A stretch of DNA of 32,000 nucleotides from Puniceicoccales bacterium (GCA_031283585.1 JAITBP010000002.1:2373-34372), one strand, 5' to 3'. Shown: positions 8,569-17,408, numbered from the stretch's first letter. Notes: generated from the sequence alone by a model not told the origin. Numbers and translations: made by a program.

Positions 8569-9180
8569 CTACAATTCAAGCCCGTTATTAAGATCTTTTA
8601 TGTTATCGGTGGCAACCTTTTTTTTGTGCGACCTAACCGGCGATAAGCTCAACGTAATCAGGCGCCCGGCCAATCTTGGCTCGTTGTCAGGCGTGCCAAA
8701 TTCCTTAACATCTTCAATCACTTTCTTTATCAGATCAAAGCCCAGGCCAATAAGGTCCATCTCACGCCCCCTAAAAACCACACCTATTTTGACTTTGCTG
8801 CCGTCGGCCAGAAAAGCCAACACATGTCTCAGTTTAGTTTGGTAATCATGCTCTTCGGTGCAAAAGCGAAATTTTACTTCCTTAACCTTAGCCGTCGCAC
8901 TTTTACCAGATTTTTGCTTTTTCCCCTCGTCATACTTGTACTTGCCAAAATCTACGATCTTGCACACCGGAGGGATTGCATTTGCACTAACCTCTACAAG
9001 ATCAAGACCTTCTTGCTTAGCTATGGCTATGGCCGCGGAAACTTCCATCACACCAAGCGGCAGCCCGTCAGAACCTATCACACGAACTTCCTTTGCCTTA
9101 ATTTTTTCGTTTTTTCTGGTATAATTTTTCCACGGGCCTTTCTTGCCGAAACCACCGCCTCTAAATGAAACATTTGCCAT
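8569..9180 (-). CDS. infC: Translation initiation factor IF-3
   Basis: NEKIKAKEVRVIGSDGLPLGV....A...A...GLDLVEVS....PPVCKIVDFGKYKY is the IF3 N-domain and the C-domain follows. An ATG start gives a ~25-aa Gly/Arg-rich N-terminal extension. Confidence 0.9.
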   Translation of the reverse strand: MANVSFRGGGFGKKGPWKNYTRKNEKIKAKEVRVIGSDGLPLGVMEVSAAIAIAKQEGLDLVEVSANAIPPVCKIVDFGKYKYDEGKKQKSGKSATAKVKEVKFRFCTEEHDYQTKLRHVLAFLADGSKVKIGVVFRGREMDLIGLGFDLIKKVIEDVKEFGTPDNEPRLAGRLITLSLSPVRSHKKKVATDNIKDLNNGLEL

Positions 9181-9201
9181 TAATATATCAACCCAATCTG
9201 C

Positions 9202-9215
9202 GACAGATATCTGTC
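9202..9215. repeat. Perfect 14-bp palindrome GACAGATATCTGTC in the infC upstream region
   Basis: Read directly from the sequence. It lies 22-35 nt upstream of the infC ATG. On the + strand it is followed by TAATTTTTT. Confidence 0.6.
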
Positions 9216-9264
9216 TAATTTTTTAGTAATTTGACATTTTTTCAATCCAATATTTATAGGTGAT

Positions 9265-10722
9265 TTACCCGGCAACGAACATCTCGTTTTTCCAGTGCGG
9301 CTTACTAAACATACACATAATAAATGGAAAAATAACACTCAACAGGTTGCCGATGATCATCACAGTAACATACAAGAACATATTATCAATATGCAACTCA
9401 CCCGGAGGTATGAATCCAACAAAATAACACGCTAAACATACCAATATACCAATAATACATACAACTATCATGCCCACATTACCAAAGGGCACCTTATAAC
9501 TTCTCGTCACCGCCGGGAACTTATACCTAAGTACCACGGCCGCAACAAACATCAAAATATACATCAGAAGCAGCGACTGGGTTGAAAACGCGACCAAAAC
9601 CCAAAAACAGGTTTCCACCGAATCCCACAGGACGAACAACATGGAAAACAGAGTTATAATACCTGCCTGGAATATCATTATCGCCGATGGCATCCCTACT
9701 TCGTTCACCTTCTGCAACATCGGAGGCAGATTGCCTGTCCGTGCCGTAGCCAACATGCCCCGGGCTGGCCCGGCAATCCAGGTCACAAACCAAGCTACCA
9801 CACCAAACACCATCATTCCGGCCATCACAGGACTTAGCCATTTCAATCCAAATCCGGACAGCAACACATCCATCGCATTGATCACGCCGGTTTCCAGAGT
9901 CAAACATTCTTTTGGAACTGCTATGGCAATTGCCATGGAGCCAAATGCATACAGACCAAAAACCAACAGCGATGATATCAAAATAGCCCTTGGGAAATTT
10001 TTCTGAGGATTAGCCACATCCCGGGTATGGACAGCAGACACCTCTAGGCCAGCAAACCCTAGCATCACATTCAAAAACAATACCCATTGGGCCGGCTCGG
10101 CCAACGGTGGAACAATCCTGGAAGCGTTAAACTCAATATTTGAATGTTTGCCTGTCACAAGCCATAGGCCTCCTAGAGCTATGATCACAAACCCAGGAAT
10201 AAATGTACCAAAAATACTCCCGATGTTAGTTATCGCCGTTGCAACCCGCATTCCTTTCATCGTCACCAGGGTTCCAATCCATATTGTAACCAAAATAACG
10301 CCAAGTACATAGATGTTGTTATGAGCCAGGGACGGAATACCCACCGCATAGGAAAGCACTCCAGCCAGGTAGACCAGCGAAACCGGAATTGTCACAAAAT
10401 TTGAAAAATTTTGCAGCCAAACGGCTAAAAATCCGATCCTGTTACCCAGCGCCTTGCCTACCCAGTTAAAAATACCGCCATCCTCGGGAAATCCTGTGGC
10501 CAATTCCGCCGAAACCAGCGCAGTCGGTATCAGAAACGTCACCATTGCAACGCCATAAAAAAACAACATCGACATTCCGTAGACAGCCATCGCCGGCAAA
10601 TTCCTAAGATTCGCTACGGTGGCAAAGGTCATCATAGCTAGAGAAAATACGCTAATACCCGCCGTCCAAGTTATGTGACCACTAGAATCCACCCCCTTGC
10701 ACTGAATAACACCCACTGACAT
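9265..10722 (-). CDS. APC-superfamily amino acid permease/antiporter (GadC/AaxC-like)
   Basis: About 12 TM segments. The N-terminal region SAELATGFPEDGGIFNWVGKALGNRIGF matches the APC signature region. Confidence 0.85.
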   Translation of the reverse strand: MSVGVIQCKGVDSSGHITWTAGISVFSLAMMTFATVANLRNLPAMAVYGMSMLFFYGVAMVTFLIPTALVSAELATGFPEDGGIFNWVGKALGNRIGFLAVWLQNFSNFVTIPVSLVYLAGVLSYAVGIPSLAHNNIYVLGVILVTIWIGTLVTMKGMRVATAITNIGSIFGTFIPGFVIIALGGLWLVTGKHSNIEFNASRIVPPLAEPAQWVLFLNVMLGFAGLEVSAVHTRDVANPQKNFPRAILISSLLVFGLYAFGSMAIAIAVPKECLTLETGVINAMDVLLSGFGLKWLSPVMAGMMVFGVVAWFVTWIAGPARGMLATARTGNLPPMLQKVNEVGMPSAIMIFQAGIITLFSMLFVLWDSVETCFWVLVAFSTQSLLLMYILMFVAAVVLRYKFPAVTRSYKVPFGNVGMIVVCIIGILVCLACYFVGFIPPGELHIDNMFLYVTVMIIGNLLSVIFPFIMCMFSKPHWKNEMFVAG

Positions 10723-10938
10723 CTGTCAAGAATATCTAGCCATTAGAAAACAAAAATCATGAAAGCAACGCAGAACTTATCGCATAACACAGGAAAAATA
10801 AGGACAGAAAAAATCTTACACTCACAGCCATCGACTTTATATAATTTATAAAAAAATAAAAAAATCAACATTTTTGTATTTTTTTATGTTAAATTGGTCC
10901 GGGCCAACTAATCTCCGATTTTAACAGCAGAAAAATCC

Positions 10939-11826
10939 ATGAATGAGGTCATATATTACGCCATAAAAGCCCTTGAAGATCTGCGTGATAGCGGACATGA
11001 GAGCATTCCAATCAGCGGTGAAAACATAGAATTTTTATTGTCGCTGATCAACGATGGCCAAAGAGAGGATTACAGCTCTCTGAATTCCATCGACAGGGCC
11101 AGTGAAGCCAACGCCATGGCCGACAATGCTGGATCAAACCCGATTACACCCAACACCATCCAGAACATTGAACCACCGGTTAACGGCTCCATCAACCTAC
11201 CCGAGGGAACCAAGCAGGAGCAATGGAACTGGCTGCGAAACAAAGTCCTTAGCTGTCCGGTATGCAATGCCCAGGTTAATCCTGGGAAAAAAATTGTATT
11301 CGGCGTTGGAAATCTCGATGCGGATATCTTTCTATGTGGAGAAGCACCAGGTGCCGATGAAGAGATTGTTGGTGAACCATTTGTAGGTCGCGCAGGCCAA
11401 TTGCTAACAAAAATCATCACCGCCATGGGCATAGGTCGGGAGGATGTTTATATAGGAAATATAATGAATTGGCGGCCCAAAATGCCGACAAAGACTGGCA
11501 ATAGACCACCGACAAAAGAGGAAATGCAATTCTGCCTGCCCTATCTATGCGCCCAGCTGCAAATAGTAAAACCAAAAGTTATCCTGGCCCTGGGCGCAAC
11601 CGCCGTGAATGGACTGCTTGGCCAGGATGACTCCCGAAGAATTTCCGATATCAGAGGCAAGTGGCTGGAATTCAATGGAATAAAACTAATACCAACCTTC
11701 CATCCATCCTATGTTTTGAGAAATAACAGCAACCAAACCAAACGGCTGGTCTGGGAGGATTTTATGAAGGTCATGGAGTTCCTAGGCCTACCGATATCAG
11801 ACAAGCAACGAAAATTCTTCACCTAA
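10939..11826 (+). CDS. Uracil-DNA glycosylase, family 4, with a ~100-aa N-terminal extension
   Basis: CPVC...IVFGVGN..ADIFLCGEAPGADEE..GEPFVGRAGQLL and FHPSYVLRN are family-4 UDG motifs. Confidence 0.85.
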   Translation: MNEVIYYAIKALEDLRDSGHESIPISGENIEFLLSLINDGQREDYSSLNSIDRASEANAMADNAGSNPITPNTIQNIEPPVNGSINLPEGTKQEQWNWLRNKVLSCPVCNAQVNPGKKIVFGVGNLDADIFLCGEAPGADEEIVGEPFVGRAGQLLTKIITAMGIGREDVYIGNIMNWRPKMPTKTGNRPPTKEEMQFCLPYLCAQLQIVKPKVILALGATAVNGLLGQDDSRRISDIRGKWLEFNGIKLIPTFHPSYVLRNNSNQTKRLVWEDFMKVMEFLGLPISDKQRKFFT

Positions 11827-11902
11827 CAGTGAACTTATCTTTGACAAACCGCCCATCGATAGACAATATTTGCCGACGGCTAAGTATTGTAAGACCAATA
11901 CA

Positions 11903-12400
11903 ATGAGAAAGTTAAAGAAAGTTTTAATCGAATTATTCCTGGCACTTATGGTGGTTCTGGTCTATTTTGCCTTAAAATATAGAACAGTCTTCAGCCACCG
12001 GGCATTCCCTGGAATGAAAAACAATTCGGCCGCCGAATATATGGATAAAAAAACCAAAGCCGAGCCACTGATAGACAGGGCTCGGGAAACGCTTGAAACA
12101 TGCCTAAGGTTCTTGAACGCCAAGGCTTTTGACCATGAAGTAGAAGAGCAAAAGCAACTTCTTCTTAAACAAAGAAACGACGTACCTTTGCCCTGCAGAG
12201 AATCATTTAATACATTCGTGTTTTTTGTGGATGAAATAATAAATGAAGATGTTATGGATATAGCTCGAATGGGCATAAATAATCTCGACAAGGCATTGTA
12301 CGATGCTTTCAACGATTTGATAACCAGCTATGCATCCTATCTTAACGATCAACCTGGACACGAAAATTTCCAAAAAGCCGCCAAGATGGATTCCAATTAA
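11903..12400 (+). CDS. Hypothetical membrane-anchored protein
   Basis: ATG at 11903 gives MRKLKKVLIELFLALMVVLVYFAL (a single N-terminal TM) followed by a helical acidic domain. The track's start at 11870 is TTG. I recognise no family. Confidence 0.5.
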   Translation: MRKLKKVLIELFLALMVVLVYFALKYRTVFSHRAFPGMKNNSAAEYMDKKTKAEPLIDRARETLETCLRFLNAKAFDHEVEEQKQLLLKQRNDVPLPCRESFNTFVFFVDEIINEDVMDIARMGINNLDKALYDAFNDLITSYASYLNDQPGHENFQKAAKMDSN

Positions 12401-12409
12401 TTTCAATCA

Positions 12410-12685
12410 TTAAATGGTACCCGCTGGTTTGTTTTCTGCAGCAACGGCTTCATTTTTTGTCGGATCATCTTTAGACTGTCCGCCACGTTCAATGGTCAAA
12501 GCTTTTTCGAAATCCGTGCTTAGCATCACCGAAGGCTTGGTTTCATTTTTATTTTGAGCCACTGGATTTTTAGGTTTTGGATCCAATGGTTTTTCGGCTA
12601 CACTGTCCAATGTGCCGCGATTATTGTTCACCTGGACATAGCGTCCATCATTATTTACAATTTGTGAAAACTGTGATTCTGTCAT
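12410..12685 (-). CDS. Hypothetical 91-aa low-complexity protein
   Basis: Only ORF of this size in the gap. Its composition looks disordered (K/P/N-rich). Weak support. Confidence 0.3.
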   Translation of the reverse strand: MTESQFSQIVNNDGRYVQVNNNRGTLDSVAEKPLDPKPKNPVAQNKNETKPSVMLSTDFEKALTIERGGQSKDDPTKNEAVAAENKPAGTI

Positions 12686-12773
12686 AATTTACTCCTGCTT
12701 ATAATTACAAAAATCAGTATAATATTTTTTTTACTTGAGGCAACCATTTATAAACATAAAATTATAATTGACC

Positions 12774-13463
12774 ATGAAAGCGCAGGGCATAAACATAAAA
12801 TCGAAGTTGGTTGCTTTTATTCTGATTACGATTTTTTTAATAAATTCACGGATTGAAGCTGTAGATAAACCGGTTAATGTCGAGGATAGGGTTCATAGTG
12901 CTGAGGACAAGGTTCATAGTGTCGAGGACAAGGTTCATAGCGCCGAGGATAGGGTTCATTTGGAAAAAATAAAATTCGCCAAAAACAGACTTCTTGTGGC
13001 GATGAAGCGTTGGGGAGAAATAAAAATCAATATAAGGGCAGTGGCAGCCAACCCCAAGGCCGAGTGGGTAGATGATTGCAGAATAAAACTATACATCGGC
13101 TATAATGGTCTTGGGAAAAACGGTAAGATGTTGGCATTCAAATCGTCATGCAAAATATTTACCTTACCAAACAACTCCACGCAAAGCATATATTTCTACC
13201 TTCCCGGTGACCTGAGAAAGCGCTATAAATTAACACAAGATCCTGATTTCTATACTGTTAGAATAACGGTTGATGGGGTGAAAATGCCACTTGGGGAACT
13301 GGAATGTAGCCAATCTCTCAAAACTCCGAAACAACGAGAAGATTTTTACAAAAAAATCAAAAAAGAGGCAAGTTTGCTTGAGTCAGCGCTTTGCAATGCT
13401 AACCAACTACCTCCCTATGCCGATCTAAAGGTCGACAGCCAGCCCACTCTACGGCGGAATTAG
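12774..13463 (+). CDS. Hypothetical secreted protein with a heptapeptide repeat (V/A)ED(R/K)VHS x4
   Basis: Signal-like N-terminus KSKLVAFILITIFLINSRIEA, followed by the repeat and a ~170-aa domain I do not recognise. I prefer the ATG at 12774 over the TTG at 12768. Confidence 0.55.
   Translation: MKAQGINIKSKLVAFILITIFLINSRIEAVDKPVNVEDRVHSAEDKVHSVEDKVHSAEDRVHLEKIKFAKNRLLVAMKRWGEIKINIRAVAANPKAEWVDDCRIKLYIGYNGLGKNGKMLAFKSSCKIFTLPNNSTQSIYFYLPGDLRKRYKLTQDPDFYTVRITVDGVKMPLGELECSQSLKTPKQREDFYKKIKKEASLLESALCNANQLPPYADLKVDSQPTLRRN
12879..12962 (+). repeat. In-frame tandem repeat, 4 x 21 bp
   Basis: Units are gtcgaggatagggttcatagt / gctgaggacaaggttcatagt / gtcgaggacaaggttcatagc / gccgaggatagggttcatttg. 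The variants follow an A-B-B-A pattern (gat-agg versus gac-aag). Confidence 0.9.
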
Positions 13464-13475
13464 TTGGAAAAATAA

Positions 13476-14438
13476 TCAGACATCCGTGTATTTTAGGCCA
13501 TTTTCGCATTCATCGATGGGTCTATCCAGCCAATTAACCGACAGATATCTTCCGATGTTGCAGCCAAAGGCAATTTTTTTCACCCGGAGCTTTGTCCTGT
13601 GTTTTGTTACTTCATCAACCATATCTATTTCTGTCATCACCCATTGGCCATCGATTTTTTTAAATCTCAGCAGATCCATTTTCTTTAATAAATTATCCTG
13701 TTTATCAAAGTATTCCACCCTTATAATCGCACCGTAAGATGTACAGAATGAGATACGTACATATCCGACATTGGCCAAGCCAACAGCCTGACCAGGGCCT
13801 GGTTCAAGTTTGAACTGCTGGGTCTGCAGCCCAAGGACATTTTTCGGCCCAAGATAGGTAAACTTATCCCAAAAAATGAATGAAAACCCCATATCTGCTG
13901 GCGTAAAAATAAACCCTGGGATTATCTGGTCATAGATACTATCGGGTGGACTGGTGACTTTGTTATCAACATCACATAACAGCCCTAGCCAGGGCAAAAC
14001 CAGTTTCATAGGGCTCAACGGCGGCAACAACCTGTGGACCAACAACCCAAGCCTGGCCAGGATCACCGGAACACCGGATATTCTGCCATGATAATGCAGC
14101 ACCATCGACGGAGAAGGGGAATTAACCAGGTTCAACAACAACGAATATTTTTGGCCCGGCACATCCAGCCTCATTGATCTATTGTTTCCTGTCTCTGTGC
14201 CAGATATGAAACAGGTCTCAGGTTTTTTCTTTGAATCCTTCGACCGGTGTTCCAAGTCAAAAACAAAGGAATAGCTCCCCAGCGACTGTTTTTTAAGCTT
14301 TTCCAACTCAAGCTCTGCCTGTTTTGGTGTCAAAGTCGGTATAAACGACCTACGCACCATGGATGCATTCGATGCACAAACCAAGACGATTATGGCCAGG
14401 GTAGATAGAGCACGGTTCGGGTACTTATTCACCCTCAT
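13476..14438 (-). CDS. Putative outer-membrane lipoprotein-sorting (LolA-like) family protein, secreted
   Basis: Signal-like MRVNKYPNRALSTLAIIVLVCASNASM. The C-terminal pattern VEYFDKQDNLLKKMDLLRFKKIDGQWVMTEIDMVDEVTKHRTKLRVKKIAF resembles LolA_like-domain proteins. The ATG at 14438 overlaps the secG end by 14 nt. Confidence 0.5.
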   Translation of the reverse strand: MRVNKYPNRALSTLAIIVLVCASNASMVRRSFIPTLTPKQAELELEKLKKQSLGSYSFVFDLEHRSKDSKKKPETCFISGTETGNNRSMRLDVPGQKYSLLLNLVNSPSPSMVLHYHGRISGVPVILARLGLLVHRLLPPLSPMKLVLPWLGLLCDVDNKVTSPPDSIYDQIIPGFIFTPADMGFSFIFWDKFTYLGPKNVLGLQTQQFKLEPGPGQAVGLANVGYVRISFCTSYGAIIRVEYFDKQDNLLKKMDLLRFKKIDGQWVMTEIDMVDEVTKHRTKLRVKKIAFGCNIGRYLSVNWLDRPIDECENGLKYTDV

Positions 14439-14985
14439 TGTCGAATGAATCATCGTAAGTATCCTCGGAATCGGAAAAACCCGAATCATCGTAGTATTCG
14501 CCGAGCTCACCGAGGAAATTATCACCTTCCGCGGTAATGGGTTCTGAAACAGGTTCCGAATCACCGGCCGAATATGAATACAAGTCCTCCTTGGCATCGT
14601 TGGAATCCGTACCGGGCTCACCTGTCTCAGCACTTTTCCCGAGGCTATTCTCTTCCACCGTAGTAGCTTTCGTGTCATCAGCCACCTCGGTGACAGCCAT
14701 TTTCTTTGGAATAATCTCATCGGCCTTTCCCGGTTTATGTTCCCGGGCCATGTAGATCATAGCCAACAGAAACGCCGCCAGATAAAAAAATCCTACACAC
14801 CATTTTGTCCATCTCGCCAACACATTGACCGCATCTCCACCAAATACCGCTGTCACGGAACCCTCTCCCAATGTGGCACCTAGGCCGGTTTCTTCGTTTG
14901 GCCGCTGCATCAATATGATCATCACAATAAACATACTGACCAATACCAAAGCCAGGGTCAGGACAACTATAAAAAACATGCTCAT
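14425..14985 (-). CDS. secG: Preprotein translocase subunit SecG with a long acidic C-terminal extension
   Basis: Two TM segments flank LMQRPNEETGLGATLGEG....FGG.....L.RWTKW, which matches the SecG core pattern. Residues ~82-186 are a D/E/S/Y-rich tail. Confidence 0.75.
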   Translation of the reverse strand: MSMFFIVVLTLALVLVSMFIVMIILMQRPNEETGLGATLGEGSVTAVFGGDAVNVLARWTKWCVGFFYLAAFLLAMIYMAREHKPGKADEIIPKKMAVTEVADDTKATTVEENSLGKSAETGEPGTDSNDAKEDLYSYSAGDSEPVSEPITAEGDNFLGELGEYYDDSGFSDSEDTYDDSFDNEGE

Positions 14986-15014
14986 AATAGAATAGGCATT
15001 AACCCTAATAGAAT

Positions 15015-15971
15015 TTAGAAATTTTCAAGCAATAATCTGTTTATCTTCGGTGGTTCTAGGCCACGCGCCAGGTAAGCCGTTCTGAAATGCAATTTTGCAA
15101 ACTCTCCAAGTCTATCATCACCGAACTTTTCGACCAATTTCCTGGCCTGCTCAAGGGTCTGTTTACCAGCACCTTTTTGTAATTTTTCTCCGGCGAGCTT
15201 CGACAGCTCAGCCATCTGCCTAACATACTCAGCCCTTGCAACTATCGACGCTGCAGCCACCACCGGATCCCTCTCGGCTTTGGTCTGCATATCAAGAGTG
15301 AAGCCATCCGCATCCTTGAGGTATCGCTGAACCAAGGGAGCCTTCGAAAATTGATCCAACAGACCGCGGCTGACCGGCCGCAGCTGCAATGCGCCCAAAA
15401 GCGACCGCGAATGCATCCAGGCCAGCAATCGATTCATGTTAGAACCGAATGAAAGGTATAACTCATTGTATTTCTTCATGCTAAGAACCATCTTCTGGCA
15501 AACGACACCTTTCTGCGCATGGATCCTCGAATCCAGATCCAAAATAATATTTTCTGAATGAATTTTTTTACTATCTTTAACACCTTTGGCCAGCAATGAC
15601 TTAATCGCACCTGGGCCGGCTATGACACAGGCCGTGACCAGTGGCCCAAAAAGATCACCTTTGCCGCTCTCGTCCAGGCCTGCATGCTCTTGGAACCAAA
15701 GTGGATCCGCCTCATCGTTAGACCCAAAATTAAACTCCATGGTTATTTCGGGCTCCAGCACAAAGGTGATAAATTCTTCGGTTTCCTTCCCCTGGATGAC
15801 GGTCTTGCCGCTATTATAATGTACAATATTGATACCGTTGCCCTTAAATGCGAAATCAGCATAGGCTACCTGGTACCGATCCCAGGACCTGGCCAAACAA
15901 TATTCCTTAAGCTTCAAAGCCTGTTGTGCTGTGAGTTCTATCGAATAAACGCAATTCTTTTTTTTATCCAT
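15015..15971 (-). CDS. rnhC: Ribonuclease HIII
   Basis: N-terminal TBP-like domain (YADFAFKG.GINIVHYNSGK..IQGK) and the RNase HII/HIII core GLDESGKGDLFGPLV. I prefer the ATG at 15971. Confidence 0.85.
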   Translation of the reverse strand: MDKKKNCVYSIELTAQQALKLKEYCLARSWDRYQVAYADFAFKGNGINIVHYNSGKTVIQGKETEEFITFVLEPEITMEFNFGSNDEADPLWFQEHAGLDESGKGDLFGPLVTACVIAGPGAIKSLLAKGVKDSKKIHSENIILDLDSRIHAQKGVVCQKMVLSMKKYNELYLSFGSNMNRLLAWMHSRSLLGALQLRPVSRGLLDQFSKAPLVQRYLKDADGFTLDMQTKAERDPVVAAASIVARAEYVRQMAELSKLAGEKLQKGAGKQTLEQARKLVEKFGDDRLGEFAKLHFRTAYLARGLEPPKINRLLLENF

Positions 15972-16104
15972 CGATGGCGGCGCACCAAATGCGATTAGCA
16001 ATAATTTAATAAATAGATCCTAGTACAATAATTTTTCATAAGTTTTGACATTTATCTACCCAATTCTAGCATTGCTTTTGGTTGATTTAACAAAATTTTA
16101 ACAT

Positions 16105-16764
16105 ATGGCGAAAATTAATACCCTATCATGGCCAAAGAAAGTACTGGTTCGCATCGCTATGATTTTTATACGCCTATGGAGCAAAACGCTCAAAATAGAG
16201 TTATCCAACCAAGCCCAGGATGTACTCTCGACCAGTGTGGACTGGCCGAAGATCTACGCATTCTGGCACAATCGGTTATTTGTGGCGGCCGAGGTTTACA
16301 AAAGATATATGTCCAACACAAAAATATATGGGCTGATCAGTCCAAGCAAAGACGGTGCCTGGTTGACGGAAATCTACAGGTCCGCTGGCATAAAAGCCAT
16401 TCGTGGTTCAAGCAAACGCCGTGGACACAAAGCACTCACAGAGCTTGAAAACATGCTGAATTGTGGTTGTAATTGCGCCATCACGCCGGACGGTCCCAGG
16501 GGCCCAAGATATGTGGTCAAAGCCGGCATTGCGGTGCTGGCAAAAAAGGTAGATGTGTCCATAATTCTACTCGGTTGCAGGTTTGCATCTGCTTGGCGAT
16601 TAAACTCCTGGGATAAATTTTACATCCCAAAACCATTTTCACGGGTTATAATCAACGCGATTAAAATAGATCCATCGCAATACAAAAATCTCCTGGAAGA
16701 AGAACTGATTGGATTAATACAAAGGGAAATGTTAATATTAAATAAAAGCCGTCGAGGCAGCTAG
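16105..16764 (+). CDS. DUF374-family (lysophospholipid acyltransferase-like) protein
   Basis: FWHNRLF, SPSKDGAWLTEIYRSAGIKAIRGSS.RRG..AL and ITPDGPRGPRY are characteristic DUF374 blocks. Confidence 0.8.
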   Translation: MAKINTLSWPKKVLVRIAMIFIRLWSKTLKIELSNQAQDVLSTSVDWPKIYAFWHNRLFVAAEVYKRYMSNTKIYGLISPSKDGAWLTEIYRSAGIKAIRGSSKRRGHKALTELENMLNCGCNCAITPDGPRGPRYVVKAGIAVLAKKVDVSIILLGCRFASAWRLNSWDKFYIPKPFSRVIINAIKIDPSQYKNLLEEELIGLIQREMLILNKSRRGS

Positions 16765-17342
16765 GATTTATTCACCGGGGTAGATTTCTTCTCCCTGATT
16801 TTGGAAAAGAGGTACACTCCACACAACACAATGACTACCAGCAACGTTATGGCCGCAAATGCCGGCATGGTATCAAACTTTCCATCCATGATGACATCTG
16901 CGATTATATAGCCAACAAAACAGCAAATCATTGCCCAGGTGGCACCGGAAAAAACGTTATAAATCCAAAATTTTACCGGATTGATTTCCGCCGCCCCCAA
17001 AATCAATGGGCTCGCAATCCTGATTCCATAGATAAACCTAAAAGAAAATATAAACAGACCTCCCAGCCTGTGCAGAAGGTCATACACCCTGTCAACACAT
17101 TTTTTTACCTTTGGAAACCTGTTGGTGACCGATTCGATTCCCATTCTGCGGCCAATCCAAAAAAGGCCCTGATCGGTCAAAACCGTTGACAGGAATGCCA
17201 CCAAAAAGACTTTGTATATGGACATAACTCCATAGGCTGCAAGAGCCGCGGCCGTAAGAATTATCACTTCGCCTTCTATCATAGCGCCGAGAAAAACAGC
17301 CAAATAACCCCATTCTTTTATAAAATCTGTGAAATTGATCAC
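16761..17342 (-). CDS. DedA-family membrane protein
   Basis: GYLAVFLGAMIEGEVI....A and FIYGIRIASPLILGA are typical DedA/SNARE-associated blocks. Its stop overlaps the convergent DUF374 stop (CTAG). Confidence 0.85.
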   Translation of the reverse strand: MINFTDFIKEWGYLAVFLGAMIEGEVIILTAAALAAYGVMSIYKVFLVAFLSTVLTDQGLFWIGRRMGIESVTNRFPKVKKCVDRVYDLLHRLGGLFIFSFRFIYGIRIASPLILGAAEINPVKFWIYNVFSGATWAMICCFVGYIIADVIMDGKFDTMPAFAAITLLVVIVLCGVYLFSKIREKKSTPVNKS

Positions 17343-17408
17343 CGGTCAGAGCTCCGTTCTACTTAGAATATCCTGTTGAAGGTTTGTCAATGATTTTATC
17401 CATGATCA

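Noticed and set aside
12879-12962. Possible CRISPR-like array (regular 21-bp repeats)
   Set aside because: The units are directly adjacent with no spacers, are in frame within a CDS, and there are no cas genes. This is a coding tandem repeat.
13476-14720. A 414-aa minus-strand ORF whose first 94 codons overlap secG out of frame
   Set aside because: The overlapping N-terminal part is Arg/Pro-rich nonsense-like sequence lying opposite a well-supported SecG frame. A signal-peptide-bearing start at 14438 explains the real gene, so I treat the extension as spurious.
16761-16764. Convergent DUF374 and dedA genes sharing overlapping stop codons (CTAG)
   Set aside because: The overlap is real but trivial. 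It reflects genome compaction and not a regulatory device I can support.
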